Assembly: GCA_003427395.1 (NCBI GenBank)
Contig: BFEA01000001.1
Coordinates: 1,281,314-1,345,313, forward strand
Direction of reading: 5' to 3'
From: Chara braunii
Taxonomy: Eukaryota; Plantae; Charophyceae
DNA length: 64,000 nt
The translations under genes were made by a program, and so were the position numbers. The notes under the pieces were generated by a model. It searched no databases. It was not told where the DNA came from and worked only from the letters and a program-made list of their open reading frames with translations. Numbering within the stretch: position 1 is the first letter of the stretch; each line of letters begins with the position of its first letter. This document shows, in pieces, positions 1 to 11,196 of this stretch.

Positions 1-700
1 AAGTGGTGCAGGCAAGTGGTCAAGTGGTGCAGGCAAGTGGTCAAGTGGTGCAGGCAAGTGGGCAAGTGGTGTGACTAAAGCAAGCCCATGTTGGAGAGAG
101 TCTAGAAGCCCATGTTGGAGAGAGTCTAGAAGGTACCACGGGGGGAACTGTGTGCACCATGGGCCAGGGACACAAGGCAGACCAATGCAGCACAGAAGTA
201 TAAATCAAGAGGCTGCGTCCATTCATTCATTCATTCCTGCGGATGCCATGCAGAAGCACTGACTAGCAGCTTGTGCGAGGAGGCCTGCAGAGTGCCCGAA
301 GACGAAGTGGGCAGAGGAGTAGAGTGCAGCGATAGGTAGTGGCAGCTAGCGCTGCCATAGCTGTAGCCTAGCATGTGTGTGTATGAAGTGTGATACTGAG
401 TGTTGCGTGTGGGACATCCAGGGTGATCCAGAGTGCGAACAGTGAGTTGTGTGGGCGCTCAGTCGCCATAGCCAGTTTGAAGAGAACTCTTATGTGGATA
501 CGATATCTTGAGTACTGAGTGGGCGCCTGTCGCCAATTTGCTGTTTCGCTGTTTGCATACATGACAAGTTGAATAATCAGAAGTGTGATTTCAGCGCACA
601 GCGCACAGCGCACAGTGCGCGCGTTGTTGTTCCAGCGCACAGCGACTTCCGCACCGCCCCGCACCGCACTGCGCACTGGTGCGCCACAACTATGGTTACA
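1..700 (+). mobile_element. LTR (3' part) of an LTR retrotransposon, inserted into a LINE 3' region
   Basis: TATA box (TATAAA 199-204), short internal tandem repeats (1-130) and an end in ...GGTTACA at 700. The TATA context resembles the LTR at 61728-62481. Confidence 0.6.
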
Positions 701-1730
701 CTGGAAGAACTGGCATAATCCAGAAATGAGCGGACGGGACCAGAAGGCGGAAGTAACAGAGAGAAAATTGAGCTAAGCGAAGTCAGAGACATCCGGTAGG
801 CGACAGTATGGGGTATCCCGAAGGTCAGAGACGTCAGAACCATCGAAGGTTAGCCAATTTCTGAGAGAAAATGAGGGCAGAGACGAAGTCCTTGTTGCAG
901 AATGAAATTTCTGGCAGATGGCAAAGGCGGAAGTCCTCGCTGCCTGAGGATGAGGGAGAGCAAGAGAAGAACAGTAAGAGACTCTTCAGACTGTGGTGGG
1001 GAAGGACTAAGGTGGCAGAGCTTCGTGTTAACCACTCCTAAGGGAAGGCTCTCAAAACTCCGAGACAGAGACTCCGGCACAGCGGATACTGGCAGAGTAG
1101 TGGCAATTGAACCAAACGAGATCAGACGTTCTCGGTAGGAGCAGGGACCTCAAGAAGTAAAGGGGGGGAAAGGAGAGGTGGTGGAGTCAGGTTACAATGG
1201 AAAGATGACTACATATCACTTCAGGGTGAACAGGCAAGGTCCCAGCAATTAATCTGTAAGGCCCAGCTCAGGCGGGGAGTTGAAGAGTTGCGGAAGTTTG
1301 GACAATGGTTTCCGGATGTGGATTCAGGGTTTAGGGCTTTAGTGATCTTCTTAAAAACAGGGGAAGGTAAGGTGGGACTGAGGGTATTGTGGCTCACGGG
1401 TAGGACGGGTAAGTGGGGGTACAAAGGCTAGCTTGGACAATGGGTGAGCTCTTTCTAGGTGGCATGGATCTATCTGGCAGATCTGGTTATCAGGTCTGAG
1501 AGGAAAGAGTGAGGCTTGGCAAGCTGGCAGTCAATCCTCCACCAAGGTGGAGCAATCAATGCTGCTCAGGGGTCCTTCGGCCAGACGGAAGGAAGCGTGG
1601 GTGGTTCTTATTGTAATATCTATTCTGACTTGCCGGTGGAATAGGAACCAGACTGATGCTCCCCAGAATGGAAAGGAGCCAGGGCCATAAGGCCCTGGTT
1701 TGTTAAAAAAAAAGAAAAAGGAAAAAAAAA
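701..1730 (+). mobile_element. LINE 3' UTR fragment with conserved 3' tail and A-rich end
   Basis: 1520-1700 matches the tail of the LINE ending at 60674 (CAGTCAATCCTCC...GGGGTCCTTCGGCC...GGAATAGGAACC...GGAGCCAGG.CCATAAGGCCCTG). An A-run follows at 1704-1730. Confidence 0.85.
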
Positions 1731-2130
1731 GGCCTAATCAGAGGTTAGGGCAGGTTCTAAAGCCTGAGCGGTCTCGCAAGTGGGTAGTGGTTCAATTCCT
1801 CTTTGTGAGGGATAGTGATTCCAAACCGAGGTCGATATAGACTGTTCTTACTAATAGTGAAAAACAATTCCTTAACATTTGGCATGCAACATGCCTTTTC
1901 GGCAAATGTGCTCTCGTAAAAGGGAGCGAAGATGAAGTGTAATAAATGGTGGTGAAAATTGAAAGGGCTGAAGCGAATATTGAATACTGAATAATAATGT
2001 TAAAACGAAGAAAGTTGAATACTGAATAATTATTAATAATGTTAAAAAGAATGTTAAAAAGAGTGAAATAAATAATCTAAATTTCCTGCGCTTCCGGATC
2101 TGAGTTCCTTGCTGATGGTGTGTTCGATGG

Positions 2131-2163
2131 TCTTATACACATCTAGATGTGTATAAGAGACAG
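2131..2163. other. Nextera mate-pair junction adapter (Tn5 mosaic ends); assembly artefact
   Basis: TCTTATACACATCT-AGATGTGTATAAGAGACAG is the back-to-back Tn5 mosaic-end junction adapter, lacking its first 5 nt. Confidence 0.97.
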
Positions 2164-2966
2164 GGATAGGATGTGTCGGGGGAATTGATTGGGGAGAGGG
2201 TGGGGAGATTGAGTAGACGGCGGTGGGGCTGGGGCTAGGGTGTTAGGTTGAGGTGGGAGGGTGGGGATCGTCGCTTCTCGGGAATGCGACTGCCAAAAAC
2301 GACGGGCGGAAAGGCAGATCTGGGTCGGTTTGCGGAGTGCTGTTGGTGGTTTGAACTTCTTCTACGTGCTGTGATTGGGTGTCGGCTAGACGTTTGGGTA
2401 TGCGCTGTTAGCTCTGGTAGTGTTTGGTTCTACGATTTGTGGTTCTTGTCTTCCTGATTGCTATTCCCAGGTCTGGCTGGGAGTCCTCGAGCGCGCTTGT
2501 CCCTTTCGTTCTCGCTGATGTCCTTCGCTGTCGCTTGGGTTCTTGTCCTTCCACTGTCGCTCGCGCCAGGTGGGGTCGGAAGTGGTGCTTGAGTGGGTTC
2601 TAACTTACCGTAGACGTTCTTGGGAGTTTTCGGAACTTGCGTGATGTGGGGATGCGTTGCATAAGAGGTTTTACCGATTCCTGCTCCCTGTCTGGGCGTG
2701 TCTCTCCTCCTGTTGGCCGAAATTCTCTTGACCTCGCTCCCTTGCTATCATTGCTCCATTCCTGCTTTTGTCCTCTTCCTGGGTCCTTTTCCGTCCCTTG
2801 TCTTTCCTTGCTAATAGCCGTGCTTCGCGCTGTTCATTCGGTTGTTCCTACTCTCCTTGTCCCCCACTCTCCTCTCTCTCTCCCCCCTTGTCTTCTCCGT
2901 TCTTCGTGTGGCCACGCCCGTAGGCGTGGCGTGGCGTCGTGGGGGGGCTTCTCGCCCTCGCGTCAC

Positions 2967-3022
2967 TTTCCCGCGCAGAATCGTATGTTCGAAAAAGGAG
3001 AAAAGGCGCGGCAGTTTCGCGC
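2967..3022. promoter_or_regulatory. Pair of E2F-consensus sites in a CpG-rich promoter-like segment
   Basis: TTTCCCGC (2967-2974) and TTTCGCGC (3015-3022) fit TTTSSCGC. A minus-strand donor-like CG|GTAAGT lies near 2609. Confidence 0.35.
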
Positions 3023-4127
3023 CCGACTTCGCGCCGTGCGTGCCCTTCTGAATTAGTGCATGCGCTCACCGGTACGGCGCAGTCGCCCGTCTGTTACTTT
3101 TGCCTTTCTGAACAGATCTTTTTTCAATCTTGTCATCCCATGATTTTCAACTTGGTTCAATGCTAATGGAAAAAAAAAAAACAGGCGATGGATCATGACC
3201 AACAGACATTTCATTTTGGCCACAGAGCTAAACAACACGACAGGAGGGGAAGGTCTCGTTGTCTTATTTCATGCTTCTCGATTTCTGCCAATCCATGCCC
3301 TCCAGCATGGGCAAGAGGTGCAAGTCTCTCTTTCTTATTTCTTGCCTCGATTCTCTGGCAATCCAGACCCTCTCCTTTGATTGATGATTACTGTGCAGTC
3401 TCTCTGTGGGGCATCTAGGCGCATGGGTGGCATAACAATAGCACACCAAATTAAAATTCCACAGCACTAGAACAGAGACAAAAAAGTATCCGAAGTAAAA
3501 TTTACAACTGTCAGTCTTGTGATAGCATGTGCAAACACCCTGATGCTCATAACATCCCGCACATCCCCCGCATGTCCATCTTCACACCGAAAGTTCATAA
3601 CTATTGTACACATGCTCATGTACGTGCATCATCATCTTTTCTTCAACTCGCAGTTCCTGTTGCATGACTTGTCTAGAATAACATGCTCGCTTGTGCGAAT
3701 CAATACTTTTTCTTTTGCTTGCACTTGCTGCTGTATGGCATGCCTAGACTAAGTAGCGGTTGAGAAATAGCGGTTGAGTGCTTAATCAGCAGATCTTACG
3801 ATTGGCACTAGCTTTTTGCCTGAATCAGTAGTATTGAAGCACTGTCAAAGTCTCCCAACCGCTCATGCAACTTTAGTTTTCCAAGTGTGCTTGAATGGAT
3901 TTAGATCATTTCAGAATAACTTGGCAAATTGGCATCCATAACATATTTGATTACCTCAAAATCCTCCTTATCTTCATCTCAGCAATGGCTTTCCACGTTC
4001 AGCTGGCTTGGTATCATGCAAAACTACTTTACCTAGCTCGCAAGACTTGCTTCATAGGCCAACAATTTCACATTTCACAGTCTACATCCCATTTCCTTCT
4101 GTGTCAATGCTTGCTGTTGCTACTCAC

Positions 4128-6434
4128 CGCTAGTTGATCCCGAAAGGACTCGTTGATTCCCCCATGATGTGGTGCATCAAGAATAAGCTGGCTGGCAGGT
4201 TCAGAAAGCGCTTGGGTGGCAAGAATGCCCACTGCCTCGCCAGGTTGAATTACTTGACTTGAAGACCCATCTTTCGTTGCCTGGGTCACACCCCAGTCCA
4301 GGCCCCCGTACTTGAACTGCACGATGACCTGACCAAATCGCACAGTGCCATCATAGGCCAGAATGAGGTCTTCCATGCTCCGTGCAAGCCGCCTTGCTTG
4401 GAACGCTGGATCACCCAGCCCCACATACTTCTGCACAAGCCCAGTACGTTCCCCCATGGCATGCATGAAGAACTCTGATGGGCTAAGCCCATCTACAAGG
4501 GAAGATACCACTAATCCATTCTCTTCCCAGCAGCTTGCTGCTATTGTTTCATTTGTGGAGGGCGGTAGATTTGGTCCACCGGGATCACTGTTGAAGTGAG
4601 GAAGAGTACGTCCACCAATTTGTCCAGGAAAGACCCCACCATTCCACCCCAGATGCATTCCTACACATGCGGACTGCTTAACAAAATTCGTCATTGAACC
4701 TTTTGATCTTGCCCGAATCATTTGCATGATTGAATTCTCTCTTCGCACATGCAGCTCCAACTCCTTCCCCACCTTCTCTGTAACTCTCATCAGTGGAGCG
4801 GTAACCCTTGTGAAGAGCTGAGGTCGCTTTCTGAGACTCTGCAACCCACGCAATGATTTGAAAGTGTTCCAGCATTCCTCATTGACTTCTATACCCTTCA
4901 GAATCACGGTCCGATCATCTTTGCCGTCGCCACCTTCCTTGGACTTCCGTCTGCACCAATCTTGGACATGTCCCATTGGCGAGACTGTCGCCAGTAACCA
5001 CTCATTAATTGCTTCTTCCTTCGCATCCCTGATGAGGTCTGCTTTCTTTCGCTGGAACTCCCCCTGACCGTCTTCTATCAAAAAGTCGCCCAACCCGACA
5101 CTGAAACCGGCTTGCATCAGGTACTCGTGTCCAAATGACTGCAGCAAGTCGAGATGCTTGAGTACAAGCTTTCCTTGGCAACCTATCCCAGAGCTTGCCA
5201 ATCCTTTCTGATCCCAGATGGCTCTTAGCAAGCTTCTCTCTGTAGATCCTAACCATTTCATCCCCTCGACCCTCGTCAGGAGCTCGCCCTCATGTACCAA
5301 GACACTTTCCTTCTCACATTCGTATCTAAGCCATCTGGGCAAGGACATCCCAAAAACCTGCTGGCCCGTCCACAACGGAGTCCTGATGATCTTACCTGCG
5401 AAATCTGCTTTTGCTGACTCATGCGATGATGATTCGCCACTGCCATATATGCCGTTCACTGGGCCACACTTGATGATCGCAGGAGGTGGTATGCCCCTGT
5501 GCACAGCGCTTGTGATTCTGCTGGGGGTGACCTTCCCACTCTTCTGGGAAGATTCCCACCAACCATTACAATCACTGTCAACATCAAGCAGTGGCAAGAA
5601 CTGGGAAATATCCTCTCTTTTGAAAAAAACAAAAGTACTGGTCAACTTGTAAGCCGCCAAAAGAGTATCCTGGTTCAAACTCACAGTGATGCATCCATTT
5701 TGCACAGAGAGAACTTGTTTATCGACAGCTATGAGCTCACGGGCTTCTGCCTGAGACTCCAAACGACCAGGGACAAACACACTCATTTCGTCTCCATCAA
5801 AATCTGCATTGAATGGCTTAACCACAACTGGATTGATTTTGATTGCCTTGCCATCATGCAACTTTACCTTGAGTGCCATCATCGAATGTTGATGCAGGGA
5901 TGGCTGTCGATTCAGAACCACATAATCATTCTCCCTCAATGGTCTCCGGAAAAGGTTTCCAGACTGTGGACGCTGATCATAACTTCTGAGCTCCCTCCTC
6001 GCCTGCCGCTCGCAATCTTCCACACTGCTGCTTGTACTTCCATCCCTCGACCTTCGCATCTGGTTCAACTTTGTGGCTAGTAATGCTTCACCTCCATACT
6101 CATCTTTCTGGGCTAGCCTCAAGTTCTCTCTCTCCCACTCATCCATAACCGAGTTCAACAACCGCTCATTCTTATCAGTTACAACTTCGTTGACCTTTAG
6201 CGCCTTCTTCCATGTTTGGTAAATGAATCGCTTCGGAAGTCCAACCTCACAAATTTTAAGGCAGGGATCAGGCTCGATCACAGAGCGTGCACTATTGTCT
6301 GTCCGCTTCCCGATTATATTGTCTCGCAGTCGTCCCTTTGTCTTTTCTGTATTGCCGTTCGCATTGATTTGTTTTCGCCTGGAAAATCTTTGACCAAAGC
6401 TCAGCCTGTTCCGATAATCCCAATCATCCCAGAC
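4128..6434 (-). CDS. NRPD1: DNA-directed RNA polymerase IV/V-like largest subunit (NRPD1/NRPE1-like), main exon of 769 codons
   Basis: The ORF carries GKRTDNSARSVIEPDP, LNRQPSLH, PFNADFDGDEM (Metal A), QDTLLAAYKLT, GFSVGLGD, SKGS, GLSPSEFFMHAMGER, EDL..YDGTVR..QFKYG and, only ~20 aa later, PGEAVGILATQALSEP (foot deletion). Splice sites are TTGCAG|GTC at 6434 and GCG|GTGAGT at 4128. NRPD1 versus NRPE1 is not resolvable here. Confidence 0.88.
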
Positions 6435-6639
6435 CTGCAATCGAACACCAAGGCTCCACAGAGTCCACACAGTTGAAATCCAAGCCAGAACGCAGTTCAC
6501 AACACTGTCCAAACACCAACAAAAAAAAAAGACACCATTCTACAGCTACATTATGATACTCTTCAAATTGGAATAACAACTGCAACAAATCACACATGGA
6601 GAGACACCGCATCATCTTGGGCCTCAAACTGATGCATAT

Positions 6640-7234
6640 TGTGGCATACTGCTCCGCCACATGGGCCTGCAGGGCCCGACCAGACGGAAAATAAGGGCCC
6701 TACAGGCCCTGTGTCGTTTCAGCCTAAAAGCCTGAAAAGGAGGGCCATTTTCAGGCCCTCATAAAGTCGACCTGCCCTGAAACTTAGGCGCCAGACCAGG
6801 GTTGAGCACAGGCAAGTTTTGGGCCTGTTTCAAGACAACGAACTTCAACGCCAGGGTCTGGCACGTTTCGGCATTGGCAAGAGCAGCCTCCCGGACGGGC
6901 CAGCACTATATAGTACTGGCCCGCCCTGCAGGCTGCAGGTAGTTCACTGGGACTTCTTAGGCAGTTCACGGGCACTTCACATGCAGGAGGCAGGAGGCAG
7001 TCTTCAGGATTCGGCAGCAGCACTCTGGAGGAGCACTGCAGTAGCAGTTGTGGCATTAGGAGTAGTCTTCAGCGCTGGGCGCTATTAGGAGCTTAGAGTA
7101 GCATTGGAGAGAGAGAGAGAGTTGGCGGAGGCCAGGGAGACTTACCTGCGGCGCCATAACCTGCGGCGCCATAGCTCCAGCTTGGTCTTCGATGTACCTG
7201 CAACAAGGCACCACCTTCACAGGTTAGTACCGGA
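6640..7234 (+). mobile_element. LTR-like sequence, probably the 5' LTR of a gypsy element, running into a gap
   Basis: Starts TGTGG. It has a GGCC/CCTACAGG-rich U3-like region and a TATATA near 6908, the same style as the LTRs at 27142 and 60675. Confidence 0.5.
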
Positions 7235-8169
7235 NNNNNNNNNNNNNNNNNNNNNNNNNNNNNNNNNNNNNNNNNNNNNNNNNNNNNNNNNNNNNNNNNN
7301 NNNNNNNNNNNNNNNNNNNNNNNNNNNNNNNNNNNNNNNNNNNNNNNNNNNNNNNNNNNNNNNNNNNNNNNNNNNNNNNNNNNNNNNNNNNNNNNNNNNN
7401 NNNNNNNNNNNNNNNNNNNNNNNNNNNNNNNNNNNNNNNNNNNNNNNNNNNNNNNNNNNNNNNNNNNNNNNNNNNNNNNNNNNNNNNNNNNNNNNNNNNN
7501 NNNNNNNNNNNNNNNNNNNNNNNNNNNNNNNNNNNNNNNNNNNNNNNNNNNNNNNNNNNNNNNNNNNNNNNNNNNNNNNNNNNNNNNNNNNNNNNNNNNN
7601 NNNNNNNNNNNNNNNNNNNNNNNNNNNNNNNNNNNNNNNNNNNNNNNNNNNNNNNNNNNNNNNNNNNNNNNNNNNNNNNNNNNNNNNNNNNNNNNNNNNN
7701 NNNNNNNNNNNNNNNNNNNNNNNNNNNNNNNNNNNNNNNNNNNNNNNNNNNNNNNNNNNNNNNNNNNNNNNNNNNNNNNNNNNNNNNNNNNNNNNNNNNN
7801 NNNNNNNNNNNNNNNNNNNNNNNNNNNNNNNNNNNNNNNNNNNNNNNNNNNNNNNNNNNNNNNNNNNNNNNNNNNNNNNNNNNNNNNNNNNNNNNNNNNN
7901 NNNNNNNNNNNNNNNNNNNNNNNNNNNNNNNNNNNNNNNNNNNNNNNNNNNNNNNNNNNNNNNNNNNNNNNNNNNNNNNNNNNNNNNNNNNNNNNNNNNN
8001 NNNNNNNNNNNNNNNNNNNNNNNNNNNNNNNNNNNNNNNNNNNNNNNNNNNNNNNNNNNNNNNNNNNNNNNNNNNNNNNNNNNNNNNNNNNNNNNNNNNN
8101 NNNNNNNNNNNNNNNNNNNNNNNNNNNNNNNNNNNNNNNNNNNNNNNNNNNNNNNNNNNNNNNNNNNNN

Positions 8170-8217
8170 AATTTGGACCATTTCTCGATTTATGCGTGTC
8201 ATCCTTGCGCAGGCGCC

Positions 8218-8249
<32 letters not shown>

Positions 8250-8267
8250 ACGGATGTCCCGAAGGAC
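8170..8267 (-). ncRNA. U6: U6 snRNA, near-intact copy (probably a retrocopy) fused to a LINE 3' end
   Basis: The reverse complement reads GTCCTTCGGGACATCCGTTAAAATTGGAACGATACAGAGAAGATTAGCATGGCGCCTGCGCAAGGATGACACGCATAAATCGAGAAATGGTCCAAATT, a plant-type U6. No USE/TATA is present upstream. Confidence 0.95.
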
Positions 8268-9773
8268 TGTCAGTCCGGTTCCTATTCCACCGGCAAGTCA
8301 GAAAATGCATTACATTACAGCAGAAACTCACGCTTACTTCCGTTGGTGGAGGATCGACTGTCAGCTTGCCATGACTCACTCTTTCCTCTCAGACCTGAAA
8401 AACCAGCTCTGCCAGATAGTGCTATGTCACCTAGAAAAAGCTCGCCCATTATTTCTGCTTGCCTGTGCTTTCCCCCTCATCAGCCCTGCCCATGAGTCAA
8501 GGTATCCCCTATCCCATTAAGCCTTTCCCCTTCTTTTGAACGCTACAAAAACCTAAACCCTAACCCCTCTGCCAGCGGACCTCACTGTCCCTTCTGGGCT
8601 GGGATTTAGGACTGTGTATCTGTTTCCTTTGAGTGATATGGGAGCCTGTCTTCCTTGTATCCTTACTCTAACATCCTCTGAGTCAACCCATTCCTCCCTT
8701 GCTCCAGCCTTCCGGTGGCGTACATCCATTCCCAGACTGTTCCTCAACGGACATGATGGTATAGGTTCGTCGTTTTCTCTTTGGGATTCTGATCAGGAGG
8801 TGCCTTGCCCGTGCACATCTATCTGCTGCCGAACGCTTCTTCCTGAGTTTGAGTTGTGCCAGTCCTTCCAGCAGATGCGGTCGTCTCGTAAATCAGGAAC
8901 TTTCCCGTTTCTCAACCATACCCTGCTGAATCTCAGTCTCGCCTTCTTTTGTTGTTCCTCATCGTCCAACCATGATAGTTTGATTTTCCGCCATCTGCAA
9001 AGGATTTCAGCCTGTATCATTGTTTTCGTCTCCGCCTTCTCATGAGTTGGACACTCTTTCGATCGTTCTGCTGCATCTTTCCTTCCATATGACCCATAGG
9101 GTCACCTTCCTGATAAGTCCATACCATACTTGCAAGCGCACGTCGTGCGCGAGTTTCCCGACGTCCGGCGCACGGGCCCGACCGTTCCCGCGCGGCGCAC
9201 GAGGTGTGCGGGGAACGGCCCGCCCCCCCCCCCCCCCCCCCGAAAAAAAAAAAAAAGGCAGGGGTCGAAACGGCACATCGGACGCCCCCCGCCAAAATTG
9301 TTGCGTAAGGCCAATTTTATTTTTTTTTCGGACCGCGCTCAAGGCCGGACCGCGAGGTTTCAAATTTTCGGAACCTGTTTCCAGTTCTTTCTACTCTGTG
9401 TGGGGTTGGCTGGGCCTCTTGGGTAGGTGTGTGGTCAGTCACGGCCATTCCTGCGAGGAGTGCCGTTGCCATTTCAAGGAGGAGCTGCCACCGTTCTCAA
9501 GTGCCGCCCCGTGCTGCCGTGCTGCCGTGCTGCCGTGTGAGGGAGGAGCTGCCGCCATCGCCCGGTGAGTATCACCGGCCTCGACCTCCCCTTCATCATC
9601 CTCACTGCCTCCTCCTCCTCCTCCTCCTCCTCCTCCTCCTCCTCTCCTCCTGCTCGTCCTACTCCTCCTCCCCTTCCTCGTCCTCCATCTCTCCTCCTCG
9701 TCCTCCGTTCTCGTCGTCGTCGTCCTCCTTCTCTCCCACAGGTGTCGAATCTGTCGAGTTTCTTTTTTTTTTT

Positions 9774-10604
9774 CCGACCTTTTCTCGATTTGTGCGTATC
9801 ATCCTTGCGCAGAGGTCGTGCTAATCTTCTCTGTATCGTTCCCATCCCTCCGTTTCATCTCCTCCTCCAGGTCGTCGTCCTCCCCTTCCTCGTCGCCCTC
9901 GTCGTTCACGACCTCCTCCTCTCCCACCCGGGTAATGTACTAGTGAATCTATCGAGCTTTTTTTTTTTTTCAACCTTTTCTCCATTTGTGTGTATCATCC
10001 TTGCGCAGAGGTTGTGCTAATCTTCTCTGTAGCGTTCCCATCCCTCCGTTTCGTCTCCTCCTCCAGGTCGTCCTCCTCCCCTTCCTTGTCACCCTCGTCG
10101 TTCACGACCTCCTCCTCTCCCACCCGGGTAATGTACTAATGAATCTATCGAGCTTTTTTTTTTTTTTTCCAACCTTTTGCGTGTCATCCTTGCGCAGAGG
10201 TCGTGCTAATCTTCTCTGTATCGTTCCCAAAGATTGAGAACGACACAGAGAAGATTAGCACGACCTCTGCGCAAGGATGACACGGGCTCGTCCTCCTCCA
10301 CCTCCCCTTCATCTGCGTGCTTCTCCTCCTCCTTCCGCTCGTCCTCCTCCTCCCTTCCTCGCCGTCCACCTCCTCCTCCTCTCCCACCTAGGTATCGAAA
10401 TTTCGAAAACAATCCAATCTATCGAGCTTTTTTTTTTTTTTTTTTTGGACCTTTTCTCGAATCGTGTGTCATCCTTGCGCCAGGGTCATGCTAATCATCT
10501 CTGTGTCGTTCCCATTGCGCCGGATGTCCCGAAGGACCCCGGTTTTTTTGTTCGACCTTTTCTCGATTTGTGTTTGTCATCCTTGCGCAGGGGTCATGCT
10601 GATC
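9774..10604 (-). repeat. Array of six degenerate U6 snRNA-derived segments
   Basis: Minus-strand copies lie at ~9774-9845, 9971-10041, 10169-10230, 10444-10537 (full length, including the GTCCTTCGGGAC 5' stem) and 10553-10604. A plus-strand copy lies at 10234-10284. All keep GCGCAAGGATGA and most keep ACAGAGAAGATTAGCA. Minus copies end in A-runs. Confidence 0.92.
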
Positions 10605-11196
10605 TAGACGGGCCTTTAGGGTTTGATGCGCAGGGGCCGTTAGGGCTTGATGTACAGGTACGGTCTTTTCCTCCCTCCACCTCTTCTCCTCCTCCATCTC
10701 CACTCTCCTTCGTCGTCCTCCAGGTCCTACTATAACCCCCCATCTCCTTGCCACATCCCCTCCGCTGGAAAACGCTGGAAATACCGAAAGTTTTTTTTTT
10801 TTTTTTTCGTTATTTACTGTCCCTGGACTTGCTGCTCGCCATATCCCAGTCTCCTGCATCTGCCATACTTCTCTCCTCCACTTGATTAGAAGGCAGACAA
10901 CATACCCCTTTTTTTTTGTCTGTTTTTCTTCGTTTCTGTTATATTATTAATTATTTTTATAATCGTCCACTTGATTTGAAGGCAGACTTCCGAAGACAGC
11001 GACTGCTGGCAATTGTTTTGTCTTTTTTTTTAAGTTTTTCCTGTTTGGCCAGCCGTGTTGAAAGGGGGCGGTGGTTCTGGAGGAGTCTACGCCGGGAGGG
11101 GGGAGGACATAGAGTCTGGTGTGGGTGAATTGGGGATGTAATGGGGACTATGGCTGATTTGGTGGTCCTGCCCGTTTTCGATGCGTGCAGGTCGCA

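Noticed and set aside
1750-1810. B-box-like GGTTCAATTCC suggesting a tRNA or SINE head
   Set aside because: I could not build a cloverleaf or find a matching A-box.
2131-2163. Tn5/IS50 ends as bacterial horizontal transfer
   Set aside because: It is the synthetic mosaic-end adapter in mate-pair junction arrangement.
4104-6512. The 802-aa ORF as a complete intronless or viral polymerase gene
   Set aside because: Both ORF ends are non-homologous read-through beyond good splice sites, and a colinear upstream exon exists.
8170-8267. Functional U6 gene
   Set aside because: The upstream sequence is LINE tail without USE/TATA, and there is a C>G change in the internal stem-loop. It is more likely a retrocopy.
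8461-8490. Hammerhead-like CTGATGA...GAAA on the minus strand of the LINE UTR
   Set aside because: Only GGGG lies between the motifs (no stem II), and the motif is not conserved in sibling tails.
7093-8495. Long ORFs spanning N gaps, here and at the other gaps
   Set aside because: They are artefacts of translating Ns.
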